Source: Octopus vulgaris
Taxonomy: Eukaryota
Assembly: GCA_951406725.2 (NCBI GenBank)
Contig: OX597817.1
Coordinates: forward strand, 4,340,001 to 4,404,000
Length of the DNA: 64,000 bases
Direction: 5' to 3'
The position numbers were made by a program, and so were the translations under genes. This document shows, piece after piece, positions 51,036-64,000 of the stretch (position 1 is the stretch's first letter; every line of letters begins with the position of its first letter). The notes beneath the pieces are model-generated. The model had not been told where the DNA came from. It worked only from the letters and a program-made list of their open reading frames with translations, and did no database searches.

Positions 51036-52571
51036 TTGAGTTGGCAAGGGAAAAAATTTGTTTTCCGCAAATAGATAACATTACGATTTTTTTAATGACT
51101 TTTGTCAACGTTATGATTTTTCTCCTTTTGACATTTGATAGCCGTTACTTTTAGCTTTCTCTAGAAGCAAATGGGGCGTAATTGTGTTCATAGTTGTTCG
51201 TTTAATGTCAATTTTAACATGGAGTGCTAAAACGAACATTTTCGTCATATTTTGCTTTCCTATTTCCGTAAAGGCAAGAATATTGATGAGGCTCGCAATG
51301 TGATATGTGAAGTTTATGGTGTTGATTATTTGACAGAATGCATGTGTCAGAAATGGTTTAAAAAATTCCGTTCTGGAGATTTTTCACTCAAAGATGACCA
51401 GCGTTCTGGTCAACCTACTGAAATTGATGTTCATGATGACCGAATCAAAGACATAACTGAATCTGATTGTCATATAACTGTGCGAGAGATGGCAATGAGT
51501 TTAAATGTATCGCACAGAACAACTGAAAATCACTTAAAATGTCTTGACTCGTTAAGAAGGTCAATATTCGGGTTCCACATAAGTTGAAAGAGGCTCACTT
51601 AACACAACAAATCAATCTTTGCGATATGCATCTCAAGCGCAATGAAATCGATCTTTTCTGAAACGAATCCTCACTGGTGAAGAAAAATGGATTGTCTACA
51701 ATAACATCAATCGGAAACGATCACGGTCCAAGTGTAATGAACCTGCACAAACCGCATAAAAAGCTGAATTGCATCAAAAAAAGTTCCTGCTGTCAATTTG
51801 ATGGGATTACAAAGGTGCGGTATATTTTAAGGCGGCGAGCTGGCAGAAACGTTAGCACGCTGGGCGAAATGCTTTGCAGTATTTCGTCTGCCGTTACGTT
51901 CTGAGTTCAAATTCCGCCGAGGTCGACTTTGCCTTTCATCCTTTCGGGGTCGATAAATTAAGTACCAGTTACGCACTGGGGTCGATGTAATCGACTTAAT
52001 ACCTATGTCTGTCCTTGTTTGTCCCCTCTATGTTTAGCCCCTTGTGGGTAAAAAATAAATAGGTATATTTTGAGCAGCTTCCAAGGAACCAAACTATCAA
52101 TTCAGGTGTTTACTATCAACAACTAATGCAACTGAAGGAAACACTTAAAGAAAATTGACCAGAATTGGCCAGTCGTAAAGGAATTGTGTTCCACCATCAC
52201 AACGCTAGATAACACACGTTTTTGCTAACTCATGAATTATTACTGGAGCTTGGTTGGGAAGTGATGTTACATACACCATACTGCCCTGCCCGTGCACCAT
52301 CAGATTATTATTTATTTCGAAATGTGCAAATGGTAAGACATTCAATGGTAAAACTTTCAATAATGATGATGACCTGAAATCGTACTTGCTTGAGTTTTTG
52401 GCTGATAAATACCAGAAGTTCTATGAGCGTGGAATCATGAAGCAGCCAGAAGGGTGACAAAGGGTCATCAAAGAAAATAGAAAATGTAGAATTGATTAAA
52501 GTTCATTTTTGTATGAAAATAATTACCTTTATTTCATGCTAAACACCAAAATTACTTTCTAGCCAACACAA
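51036..52571 (+). mobile_element. Decayed mariner of the mellifera-like subfamily, interrupted by a SINE
   Basis: TIR remnants TTGAGTTGGC and GCCAACACAA-TA. Translation MEC*NEHFRHILLSYFRKGKN..WFKKFRSGDFSLKD..RSGQP, then ILTGEEKWIVYNN and VFHHHNAR. Confidence 0.9.
51829..52061 (+). mobile_element. tRNA-derived SINE, group C, nested in the mariner with a 10-bp TSD
   Basis: TSD GGTATATTTT at 51819-51828 and 52062-52071. B box GAGTTCAAATTCC. Core GCCTTTCATCCTTTCGGGGTCGATAAA resembles the MetaSINE core as recalled. Confidence 0.93.
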
Positions 52572-52594
52572 TATAAAATATATATATATATACA

Positions 52595-52760
52595 TTCGCT
52601 ATGATAGATCGGTAGCCACTACACACATTTTTTCTCTCTTTGTTTCTTTCTGTGTTCCTCTCTGTGGAAGAGCATAGGCTCGAAACGTTAAAGACTTTTT
52701 CAATTCCCGAGCGTTATACTAATACATCTGTTTGTTTTCTATACCACCTGTCTTCGTCTG
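52595..52760 (+). ncRNA. Penelope-type pLTR fragment with a hammerhead-like motif (52658-52693)
   Basis: CTGTGGA-A-GAGC-atag-GCTC-GAAAC-GTT-aaag. Homologous to 13953-14137. Confidence 0.6.
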
Positions 52761-52764
52761 TATA

Positions 52765-52800
<36 letters not shown>

Positions 52801-52818
52801 TATATGTATGTATGTATG

Positions 52819-52850
<32 letters not shown>

Positions 52851-53046
52851 CATATATCTATATCTCTCCCTATATATATATGTGTATATATGTATATATA
52901 TATATGTATGTATATATATGTGTATATATATATATATATGTATGTATATACATATATATATGTATGTACACATATATCTATATACATATGTATATATATA
53001 TATGTATGTATATATATATATATATGTATGTATGCATGTATGTATG

Positions 53047-53098
<52 letters not shown>

Positions 53099-53105
53099 TG
53101 TATGT

Positions 53106-53427
53106 ATATGCATCTTATTGAGTGCTCTTAGTAAGTCAGAAGTCGATAAAACAATTTTTTAAGAGCGTAATTAACTCACAAAATTAGATAAACAAATAAA
53201 TGTATTAGTAATTCAAACATAAACGCTTAACAGCTAAAGTAAAAGTTATAACTAAATATATTTATTTAATGTCTTTAGTACAATAAACATCTTATGAGAG
53301 CACCTCTGACTTTTATCCCGGTTTCTTTGGTAATTTTAGTTTACCAAACATTTTCTACACCTCACGTTATACTAGTCCTCTGCAAAAGACTTCCTTTCTC
53401 TCTACACACACGCATATATAAAAAAAA

Positions 53428-53497
<70 letters not shown>

Positions 53498-53645
53498 TAT
53501 ACTTTTGTTGCTATGCGTTTATGCTTCAATTACTAAAACATTTCTTTGCTTATCTAATTTTGTGAATTAATTACGCTCTTAAAAATTTGTTTTGGCGACT
53601 TCTTCTGACTTAGTATATAATAAGAGCACTCAATAAGATGCATAT
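53106..53645. repeat. Inverted repeat pair (53106-53240 and 53501-53645)
   Basis: ATGCATCTTATTGAGTGCTCTTA versus TAAGAGCACTCAATAAGATGCAT, with continued reverse complementarity. Confidence 0.9.
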
Positions 53646-53671
53646 ATAGATATTTTCGTATGAATGTACAC

Positions 53672-53723
<52 letters not shown>

Positions 53724-53862
53724 CTGTATCTATCTACCTTCCTATATACTCTCGCGCACACCTACATGTGCTTGAATTTTAAACGAATGTCTGACGATGT
53801 ATATATACATGTGTACATGCATACTTAAACATAACGTATAAATATATAAATGTGTATGTATG

Positions 53863-53902
<40 letters not shown>

Positions 53903-54885
53903 CATACATAAACGTACATACATACACACACATACTTATATATATGCATATATATATACGATTTACAAAAGAAAACTAATTCTACGTTTTACTAATGATG
54001 CAATTGTAATAGCAACCGTATGTATCTGCTGTCACGAAAATTGCTAAAGGTGCTGGCGATAGAAAAACACCAGTAATCTGGAGAATCTTCTAATCATAGG
54101 CGCATGTCTGGTTGTTCTATCTAAAATTGAAAGAAGCACTAAATCCATTTGCCGCCATTAACATTTGACATGTGTGAATATAATGCTCTAAGGAAGAAAC
54201 TTCCATTGAACATAACATTGTTTGCATTAACTAGTAATATTACAACTGTTTGTGAATATCACTATCTGTACAAATTGTTTGTCAGAAGCTGAGAGAGAGA
54301 GTCATTAGGATAATATAAGAAACGAACATCTAGGAGTGAGTTGAAAGCTGAGATGCAAACAATGGTGATAGGTGGAATGTATTTGCGTGTTGCATTATCA
54401 GATATGACTGATTTTTCTGCTTCGTGTTCGAAAGGAAAAACAGTCGGAGCTTTGGAAACCGCTGATAGACTATAATTACCTATAACGGAATTTACAGAAT
54501 ATATTATTATCTTAAAGAAAATAAATACGTAGTTAAGTATTTTGTTTTACGACTAAGATTTTCCGTGTTTGACTACATTACATAACATTGTAGCAATTGT
54601 CGTCTACGAAAGATTCGTGTTGACCAATACTTTGCGAATGGATTTAGGTAGATGTTTGGTGTTTACAAGACCTAAATACATTTCCGATCTCTCTTTTTCT
54701 CTCTCTCTCTCTCTCTCTCTCTATCACACACACACACACACACACATTATATAAACCAACATGGGACCCTCTCAGACAGTACTTTTACTTTCCCGGTTAT
54801 TCACCTTTGTGAAGCTATCCGATTCGATGTTCTTTGATTTTGAGGTCTATTTCTTTTGCTTCCCTTGTTGTCTCCATGGATTATT

Positions 54886-54988
<103 letters not shown>

Positions 54989-57771
54989 ATATATGTGTGT
55001 GTGTGTGTGCATACACACACGGATATTTTTGTGTGGGCGTTTGTGTGGGTTTATATATGTACCTAGGATTATCTTGCCTTGCTACTGACATTATCAAAGG
55101 TTTCCAACTTTTGACTCACATATCTTTACACTTAATGGTGACAAACTTCCTAGATTTGAACGGGAAAATGAACACATTGATAATTATACCTTAATGACCA
55201 TTTCCCTTTATGACAGACTCATTTCCATTGTTATAAGCATAAAAATTGCCGGTCAAACCAAATTTTGTGTAAATACTTACCATCATTTTACAAGTTCCAG
55301 TGAAAATGAAAGCTATTATCTGAATTGGAAAGACTCAAATTTAGACACAAAATGAATGACGCCTAATCTTGTGGTTCGTTTAGTCATACTTCTAGAGATT
55401 CTGTCATCTATGTCGAATTTTAACACTTTAGTTGAATGAATGTTGGATTCAGGTTGAAGAGTGACCGAATAAGGAATTGGTATTTCGACTGTGCTCAAGA
55501 TATGATTAAGGTCTGTTGGCAGCAAATTACTCGTACGTATTATTTTTATATTGAAGGAGAACAGTTAAAATCAACCAGGCAAATACTTTACAATACTAAA
55601 TGCGAAGTAAACGAAGGATGAAGAAATTCGACTCTACAGCGTTTTTTACCAAACTAAAGTACACTGTCCAATGTTTTATTGTGTGTGCGTGTGACACACA
55701 GAAGGAGGGAAAGAGGGAGGGAGTGTAGGAGGATGATGAGAGATAGCGTGTGTGTATCTCACTTACCGTCAATAGAACGTTTACTAAAAATACAGAATGT
55801 AATCCGGTTTAGAGGCATTAAGAGGAGAGCATCTCAGATACTCCGAATGATTTCATTAATTCTCAAAACATATTCTACTCGCCTTCACGGGTTGATGGAG
55901 AGATACGATCAGTGAAGATACATTAAGACTTGATAAGATAGGGAAAATCCAGCTTCCTATTTACCTGACAGTTGAATACATAAACCATGAGAGAAAAATC
56001 GATTGGGCAGCGGCATGTTAATCAACTACCTGAACGTAACAACTCACCAGGTGAAAAACACTAAAAACTCAATTACTCAATGATCCCTAATAGTAAATAT
56101 GCTCCATACATACTATTGCTAGTTATAAGAATAGCACCATATTGTTTCGTTTTAAATGGTTTCCTTACCAAGCAGTAATGACTTACAATTTTCCCGGAGG
56201 TAATATGTACTATAAATGAAACTAATGTTCTCTCACAGCCACTTAACGCACCGAGAAGTGAAATGAAATTCAGCAATTAGCAGTAATAGACTTATAGGAA
56301 AAGAAGAGAACGCAAAAACATAATATACACATACACACAAACATACTGAAATGCACAAATGTCACACGAGCACACTACACATAATTTCTTGCACGCCGCA
56401 AAGTACTCCCACATTTGTTGGCTTTGCGAGTGAAGGAAGGGCATTGTGTGCACCATTACGTGAAGCGTCCAAGACTGATATAGGAAATTTGAGAGGAAGC
56501 ATCAAACAACGGGTTAGAGCAGAAGTAACCCATCGTTTGGTAGTAGTTAGGAAGTAACAGGTGAAGACTTATAACAGAGACGTATAGAAAATACTTACAA
56601 TAGAATGGACTCTGCTAAAGATACACGAGGGGCAGTGCAAAAGGTTTTAGCACAGTTTCAATTGCGCCACTATTACTCACGGAATATTGTCGGCCCTGGG
56701 GGTTAGGATATTAAAGAAAATGTTTTGAAGGATTTAGAAATATTACTTTATGTTCTGAGTTCTATTTCATTGTTTTTCGTGTACAATAACTTAACTATAC
56801 TATTTAGTCTCAAGCCGGCCTCGAAACAGTATACATATAACCAAAGGCATTCCAACCACGAAGGTCCTTATTTTAATATCACGCATATTGCATACTGGGA
56901 AACACTATCCAATGCACCGATTTTTTAGGATGGTATTGTATAATTTCAAAGAAATGTAGCTGTTTATTTTTTGCAGATCGGCTGATCGTGTAGAAACCCT
57001 CTGACACTTACGTATTTGTATACTGAGATCAATAACATCGACTGTCCCCTTCCACAAGAATGCACAACCTTTTGATTGAAAAATCATTAAGTAAACTTCG
57101 ATTAATGATCACAAAGTAATTCTTAAAGGAAAGTTACTGGCGATATTGAAATAGTTTTCTACTTTGTTATAATATTTATTGCTGCGTTGTGTTTGATATT
57201 ATATCGAATCAATAAAATATTTTGCTGTATGTTTTCAGTAGCTTTCTTTTCTCAAACTGAAGTACAGTGTTGTTGGTATTATTCATTGTAATGCTGTTTC
57301 AGTATCAACACATACGAATCTGTATTTATTGCTCTTGTCACTGACGAAATAAATTGATTTGTAAAACATCAAGTGGCAAACAATTAATTGATTAATCAAT
57401 CGATCAATCAATTGATCATTCAGTCGGTTATCTTTTAACCAAACTGTTTTTAACCGTCTTTATATATAAATAGATATTTAAAAGCATAAATGTTTATTGA
57501 AAAGTTATTGAAAGCTGAAAATATTACAATAAATCAATGAATTATGCGAGTAGTTAACACCTCTTCACTCTTACACAAACTCATAGATCCATTCACAAGA
57601 CAAACACATTCGTATGGCCCGGGAAGAACCTTTGATTCTTTGATATGCATGTATGTATATATGTATGTTTGGATGTATGTATGCTTGTAAGCATGTATAT
57701 TTGTAGGTAAGTATATATATATATATATACATTAATGCATCTCTCTCTCTCTCTCTCTCTCCCTCTCTCTC

Positions 57772-57859
<88 letters not shown>

Positions 57860-58123
57860 ATATATATATATAAATTATAAATATTATTACTATACAATAG
57901 TGTTATTTTCCAGCTAAATAAAGCATCGTAGAAGCAGAATTATAAATAGGAAAAGCGGCCCCAAAAGGCACTAATGTTTGCGAGAAATAGCAGTCGATAA
58001 CCGTACGACGCTATGTAAAGCTTCACTGAATGTATGGAGGCAAACATTTCTGCGGGTGGCGAACATTATAAAATTTCGTTTTATCTCTAGGTAGAACGAC
58101 GGAGAAGTGGACACCCTAGAATG

Positions 58124-58180
58124 GTTAACCTAGTACGTTTGTTACCGTAAATCTGGTTAACCTTCTTCAGCTAGGTTCAC
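58124..58180 (-). ncRNA. Hammerhead-ribozyme-like motif with a strong helix I
   Basis: Minus strand reads aacctag-CTGAAGA-AG-GTTAACC-agatttac-GGTAAC-AAAC-GTA-ctaggtt. G12 is missing. Confidence 0.6.
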
Positions 58181-58320
58181 CTAAGAAGAAATATGGAATA
58201 TCCGTTACATCAATGCTTGTATATTCGGCTGATATGCCTATCCTTAAACAGAACTGAGATCAGTGAAGAAGTTTTATATAAATATTATAAATATTATTAC
58301 GATACAATAGTACTATTTTA

Positions 58321-59170
58321 CAGGGTGCGGTGAATATGATATCGTCTAATTTATGCAAAAATAAAAATAACACTGACATCTCATTTTAATAGATATATTT
58401 ACCAAAATTGCATAAAAATATCTTGAAGTACTAAAGAGTAAATTTATTCAATAAAATCGCCATTGACTTCAACCACGAACTCCAGACGACTTCGGAATCT
58501 CCTGCAATTCTTCTGGACAATCTCCTTGTTTAAGTTGGTGAATGCTGACATAATCCTTGCCTTCAGCTCATCTTTAGTGTTGCAAGGAGTTCTGTTGGTT
58601 TCTCGCTCAACTATACCCAACACATAATCAAGGGGGTTTCATTCTGGCGAGTCAGGTAACCACATGTTAGGGGTGATGGGGTCTCAGAAATTGTCTGACA
58701 GTCATAACTGGGTTCTCCTGTTTGTGTGCAGATTCCTGTTACCGGTCGCAGGGCCTTCCAGCAGTCACCCTCTAGAACCAGGCAGCACTATCTCCAGGCA
58801 CTTGATGTAATCCTGCGTGTTGAGTCTGAAGCCTTGTGGGAAGATGAGTGGAGGCATAACGTTGCCATCACTAGTGATTACCCCAAACACCATGATGTTA
58901 CCTGTATGTTTGATTTTTATATTCCTCGGTACATGCTCTGTTCGTTCTCAGATTGACATCTAAACACTCTGAAATGTTCGTTTTGCAGTTTCCGGCGCGA
59001 ATGCCATGCAGTACAGCATATCGTTTCCAAATTCCTGGCAGAGGGAATTATGTTATGGTGCTGATTTTCTCGCAGACGGTGCCCAACTGACCCTGCTATA
59101 CTAAAATCAAACAAAGCACATGATCGAAATTAATAGTGTAAAATGGCAACAATTGACCCACCACACCCTG
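58321..59170 (-). mobile_element. Internally deleted maT/DD37D-like Tc1/mariner element
   Basis: TA-flanked TIRs CAGGGTGCGGTG and CACCACACCCTG. Minus translation ITPNMWLPDSPE*NPLDYVLG..CRRFRSRLEFVVEVNGDFIE*. Confidence 0.85.
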
Positions 59171-59386
59171 TATGTATGTATGTATGTATGTATGTATGTA
59201 TGTATGTATGTATGTATGTATGTATGTATGTATGTATGTATGTATGCATGTATGTATGTATGTATATCACGTGATCACGTGGCCGACCAGACCATCAGAT
59301 ACGGCTGGTCACAATGTGTTCGCATTATTTTTTTTTAGCCTTCGAATGACGCCACCCCGCTGGCTAAGCGAGCAGCCCAATGTATG

Positions 59387-59421
<35 letters not shown>

Positions 59422-59424
59422 CAT

Positions 59425-59590
59425 TCTGGGTTCAGTCCTTCTGCGTGTCACCTTGATCAACTGTTTTCCACTACAGCCTCGGGCCGACCAAAGCCTTGAG
59501 AGTAGATTTCGTAGACGAAAACTAAAAGACAAAGCCTGGTCTAGGAACAAAATTAGATGCGTGTGTTTCTGTGTTTGTCCACCCGCTATT
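59425..59590 (+). mobile_element. Group B SINE fragment
   Basis: GGGTTCAGTCC..GCCTCGGGCCGACCAAAGCCTTG..GTAGACGAAAACT. Confidence 0.75.
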
Positions 59591-60727
59591 ATAATATGTG
59601 TTTGAGAGAAAATATCTTTATTCCTTGTAGTAAGTTTTGGTTAATGACACACCAGGTCACCCAAATTCAAACATACTGTTTTGCCTGTATGGTGCATGTG
59701 TATACCTACTTTACTTGTATTTTAAGAACATGCTAGCTTACTGAATTTGAGGTTGCGGTTTTGCACTCTTAGTTGTCTCTTGCAGATATTTTTCGAAAAA
59801 AAAATAAACAAAGGAAAAAAGAAGAAAAAGAAATAAACTTAAAAACCTAGCTAGGTTTCTTTACTGTTCTCAGAGATAGAAATTTTTAAAGATTTGTTGA
59901 CATTTTGGGGCCACTTATATAATTGTGTAACATTACACTTTTAAGCTGCTTTTACGTAGGTTAGTGACAGACTGTCGGAAGGAATTACACTATATCTCCA
60001 CGGTTATATCCTGAGATTTAAATTGAATGAAGGATTGATTTCGTATTAAAATAAAACAAAATATTCGAAGCGAAAATATTTGCATATATGTAAATGAATT
60101 CTTTAGATTATAAACAAATATTTTAACTAACCTTAAGATAAACCAGAGAAAATACTATAAGGAAAGAAAACACAAGGAAGATTCAGGAATGAATCAGGAA
60201 TGGACCGTCATTAATGAGGGTGAGAAAATAAAATTTGAGTGGAAAATTTGAGTTTATAGGCATGTGTTTTCATATTCGCTTTGTGAACCATTTCAAGTGG
60301 AGATATTTGCATGGTTTAAGGATTTGTAAATAGTGATAGCTGAAGTATCGGGCCATGTAACCGGAATACTCTCTCACCTAACAAAATTGTAACTAAAGAT
60401 TATGAATTCTTGCCAAGAGAATCGCTACAAACTTTACCGATTACATCTATTTCAATTGACTTTTGGATACCGCAAGAAGTTTCCTACAGATAAAGCCGCT
60501 ACATTTGTTTTGCTGCCATTTTACGTTTGACTTTCTTCTAATCTCACGCACAAACGCGCAGTCACAAAGACGTGTACATACATAGATACAGATTAATGCA
60601 TTTCCATGAACTGACGACGCACTGAGAAAATCTTCCAACGAGAACACGAGGGATAGAGTCTCATAAAATAGCATCAAGACGTTGACATAACACATGGAAA
60701 GGCAGCTTCAGAGCGAGACATCTATTA

Positions 60728-60793
<66 letters not shown>

Positions 60794-60934
60794 TCTATCC
60801 ATATGTATATATATGTGTGTGTGTGTGTATGCATGTATCTGTGTGTTTATGTATACATACATTTATTTATATATAATTATTTCGAGCCCACTCTCTATAT
60901 ATGTACATGCAAATCACACACAGATACGTTCTCC

Positions 60935-61305
60935 AGCGCTCATTTTTTTTTCATATTCGTTTATTACACATTGTTGTACACCTATTACACTATTATTTTG
61001 TTTTTTGTTTTGGTCTGTGGTGAGACGACTCGGAACATTTACGATGTGAATTTTCCGAGTCCTCTTCCCAACCCCACCCCCGTTCGCCAGCGTGCACTTT
61101 TTTCATATTCGCTTACTACATGTTGTGTTACACCTGTTAAACTATATTTTTTTTGTTTTTGCTCGGGCCAAGGTCTGAAGATGTGAGTTTTCCCAGTCCT
61201 CTCCCTCACTCCCCGCTCGCGAGCGCTTTTTTGTTTTTCATATATGTTAGAGCAAGTTGTTTTACACCTATTACACTATATTTTCTCTTTTTTTTTGCTC
61301 CGGTC
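60935..61305. repeat. Degenerate minisatellite, ~140-155 bp unit, ~2.5 copies
   Basis: TTTTCATAT..TTG..TACACCT.TTA.ACTAT recurs at ~60948, ~61100 and ~61235. GATGTGA.TTTTCC.AGTCCTCT recurs at ~61043 and ~61180. Confidence 0.8.
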
Positions 61306-61494
61306 AGCCCCCTTAGTTTGACCATTGAATCTTCCATGTGTAACCTGTAGTTTAATAGATATCCCTGGTCTGAAGAATAGCCGGTGGTATGCACCTCGCT
61401 TGGATTTTTACTATCTCTGAGGTTCCACCCGCTATGAAACAGATGTTGCCCGGATCTTACCTACTTCATTCCGTAACTCTTGTGTGTGTGTGTA

Positions 61495-61660
61495 TTCTTT
61501 TATTCTTTTATCCCTTTTAGTCAATTGACTGAGGCCATGTTGGAGCACCGCCTTTAGTCAAACAACTCAACCCCAGGACTTATTCTTTGTAACCCTAGTA
61601 CTTATTCTATCGGTTGCTTTTGCCGAACCACTAGCTCAGCGGGACGTAAACACACCAAAA
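61495..61660 (-). mobile_element. Group B SINE 3' half
   Basis: AGTCAATTGACTGAGGCCATGTTGGAGCACCGCC..GACTTATTCTTTGTAA..GGACGTAAACACACCA. Confidence 0.8.
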
Positions 61661-61844
61661 GTTCTAAAAGACCCCGCGATAGGTGAAAATCCACAAAGTA
61701 GATACAGTACTGTACTGTATATTTAAAAAATCTTTTTTATAATTTTTGTACATTTATTTTATTATAAATGCAAAGCAAAATCACAGAGGAACCTACGTAA
61801 GGTAAATTAATAAACCGCGATAGGTGAACTGCGATATGGTGCGG

Positions 61845-61911
<67 letters not shown>

Positions 61912-61950
61912 GGTATGTATGTATGTATGTATGTATGTATGTATGTATGT

Positions 61951-62692
61951 CAGAGGAGATTCCAGTTTATCAATGTCACTCGGGCTCATCACAGATTTCG
62001 CATAAGACTCATGACTGCTCGAAGAATTTCCTCTTTTCCCGCTTTATTTCTAGCCCCCAGTGGCTTATTACTTATATCTACCAGCATATCTTTCACCATT
62101 TCGAAGTGATGGGTTAAAATAAAGCAACCCTGCGAGGCACAATTGATTTTTACACACAGACGCACAGAATAATAACAATCAAGTAACGACGTTGGAGTGC
62201 ACAACAAACATTAGCAATTTGTCTGTCGCCTGCACTCTTGACAAGAGATGCCAGTTGTTCTTTTACTCCTGCCAGGCTGCTTCGTATCAGCACGAGAAAC
62301 TGGATAATTTTGCGTTTGTTTAAGAATATTCTAGAACGAAATAGTAATTTATTGTTTCAAGACATTGAGTTTGAATTACTTGTAATTTTTATGAGTGTAG
62401 ATAACTCGGGCTGTAACTTCCGAGCCCGAGTCAGGCGCATGTGAACAATATCGAGAGAACGTCCGCTACGAATGATATTTTTCGATACAGGACATTTCAA
62501 AGACGAGCACTAGACGCTGACTGAAAGTAAGTGAACTGCGGCTTGGCTCAATAAAAGGAGCCCGAGTTACTGGCTGCAATTACCTACTTGAAGTCAGTTT
62601 GGTAGAAATTAAATCAGCTTGCAAATACACGGCGACTTTATTAAATTTAGAGTCAGGCTAAGCCCGAACAGCCCGAGTCCCGGAGTCGCCAC

Positions 62693-62694
<2 letters not shown>
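61951..62694. mobile_element. Non-autonomous hAT-like element
   Basis: Imperfect TIRs CAGAGGAGATTCC and GGAGTCGCCACTG. 8-bp flanks ATGTATGT/ATGTATAT. Multiple subterminal CTCGGGCT/AGCCCGAG motifs. Confidence 0.65.
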
Positions 62695-62760
<66 letters not shown>

Positions 62761-63142
62761 TTGAGTGTGCGAGGTACAAAATTGTACAAAATCAAAAATA
62801 ATCAGAAGAGAGACAGGTGAGGGAACAGCAAATAGGCAAATAGTGTGCATCCAGGAAAGTTAGTAGGGTCTTTGACGTTTGAAGCCATTATTTCCCTGCA
62901 GAAAGGAATGAGGAATGAAGGGGAACATTTGACGGAGAAAGGAAGAATAGGGGAGGGAGAGAGAAAGTAAACCGTTTTGGGATTACGCGCCAAAAGTGGG
63001 GAAACTTATTGAGTACAAATGAGAAAAATAATTTTTTTTTCTTCTCTTGGTACATAACCCGAAAAATGAGAAAAATAATAAACATATCTTCTTTAGAGTA
63101 TAGTTTGTGACTCTCCTTGAACGGCTGAATACAAGTATAGAA

Positions 63143-63221
<79 letters not shown>

Positions 63222-64000
63222 TGTGTGCTTGTTACTCTGTGTCAGTTTGTGTATTTACAAGAACGTTTATTGTTAATAAATATTAAGCATTCGGTTTATA
63301 AAACTATAAAAATGCGCGCGCGCACGTGTATTTGTGTGTAATCGATTTCAACAAAAGAAAGTTTATTGTTAATAAATACTACGCATTCAGTTGATAAAAC
63401 GAATCGTATATTTCAATTTACATTTTATAAAACTGGTTGTACAGACTTAAAAATCTGAAGTACACTGTACCGGAAGTGCCGTCGGTAAAGAAATAAGATC
63501 TGAAGATGTTCAAAGTATGAGTAATTTTTAAAATATATATATATTGAATATAATTCAGAATACTAGTCTCTATCTATAAAGTCAATATCTATAACGCTGA
63601 AATGCGAAAAGTTTGTCTCATTTTGCGATCGGAACAGGTTAAGGGACACTAGATGGGGTCAGATTGGCTCCAAAATTTTCAGGGACATGTAAAAAGAGGC
63701 GAGGAAATGAGTGGATTACTTTAGACAGCCCTATCTCAAAAACTATGGTTAATAGGGCAAAAAACCCCACACTTTGACAAGTGTTTGCCGTTTCTCCCTT
63801 TCGCATATCAGCCTGTCTTCCTCCACCTCTCTCTTTCCTTCTTTCCTTCCACGTTCTCTCTATAACGACGTTTGACGGCTTCGCCGTCTCTCTGTCACTC
63901 TTTCTCCCACCGACTCTATCACTGTAAGTCTGTCTGTATCTATAGAGAGAAAGCGTTGACAGCCGCAAAAGTTTAAATATTCGCGCTAATCTTAATATAT

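Overview
AT-rich, microsatellite-dense eukaryotic DNA with no supportable host gene. The SINE families and the (TA)n/(TATG)n/(TAGA)n load strongly suggest an octopus (coleoid cephalopod) intergenic or intronic region; this is an inference from repeat recognition. Nearly all short ORFs in the track are translations of microsatellites. Contents: (1) a nearly intact CR1-clade LINE (45211-48905) with a CCCH-zinc-finger ORF1 and an EN+RT ORF2 broken by a single frameshift in a G-run, whose 3' stem-loop tail is shared with the most abundant SINE family here; (2) a decayed Penelope-like element (RT + GIY-YIG) plus about ten short microsatellite-associated segments carrying minimal hammerhead-ribozyme-like motifs, two of them in ~390-410 bp tandem or partial-tandem units resembling non-LTR retrozymes; (3) two mariners, one Tc1, two maT-like elements, two non-autonomous Helitrons and a hAT-like MITE; (4) R4/Dong-, Hero- and RTE-type LINE fragments; (5) three tRNA-derived SINE groups with swapped tails; (6) many local inverted duplications and palindromes. 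Boundaries of old, decayed elements are approximate, and family assignments come from motif recognition rather than database searches.
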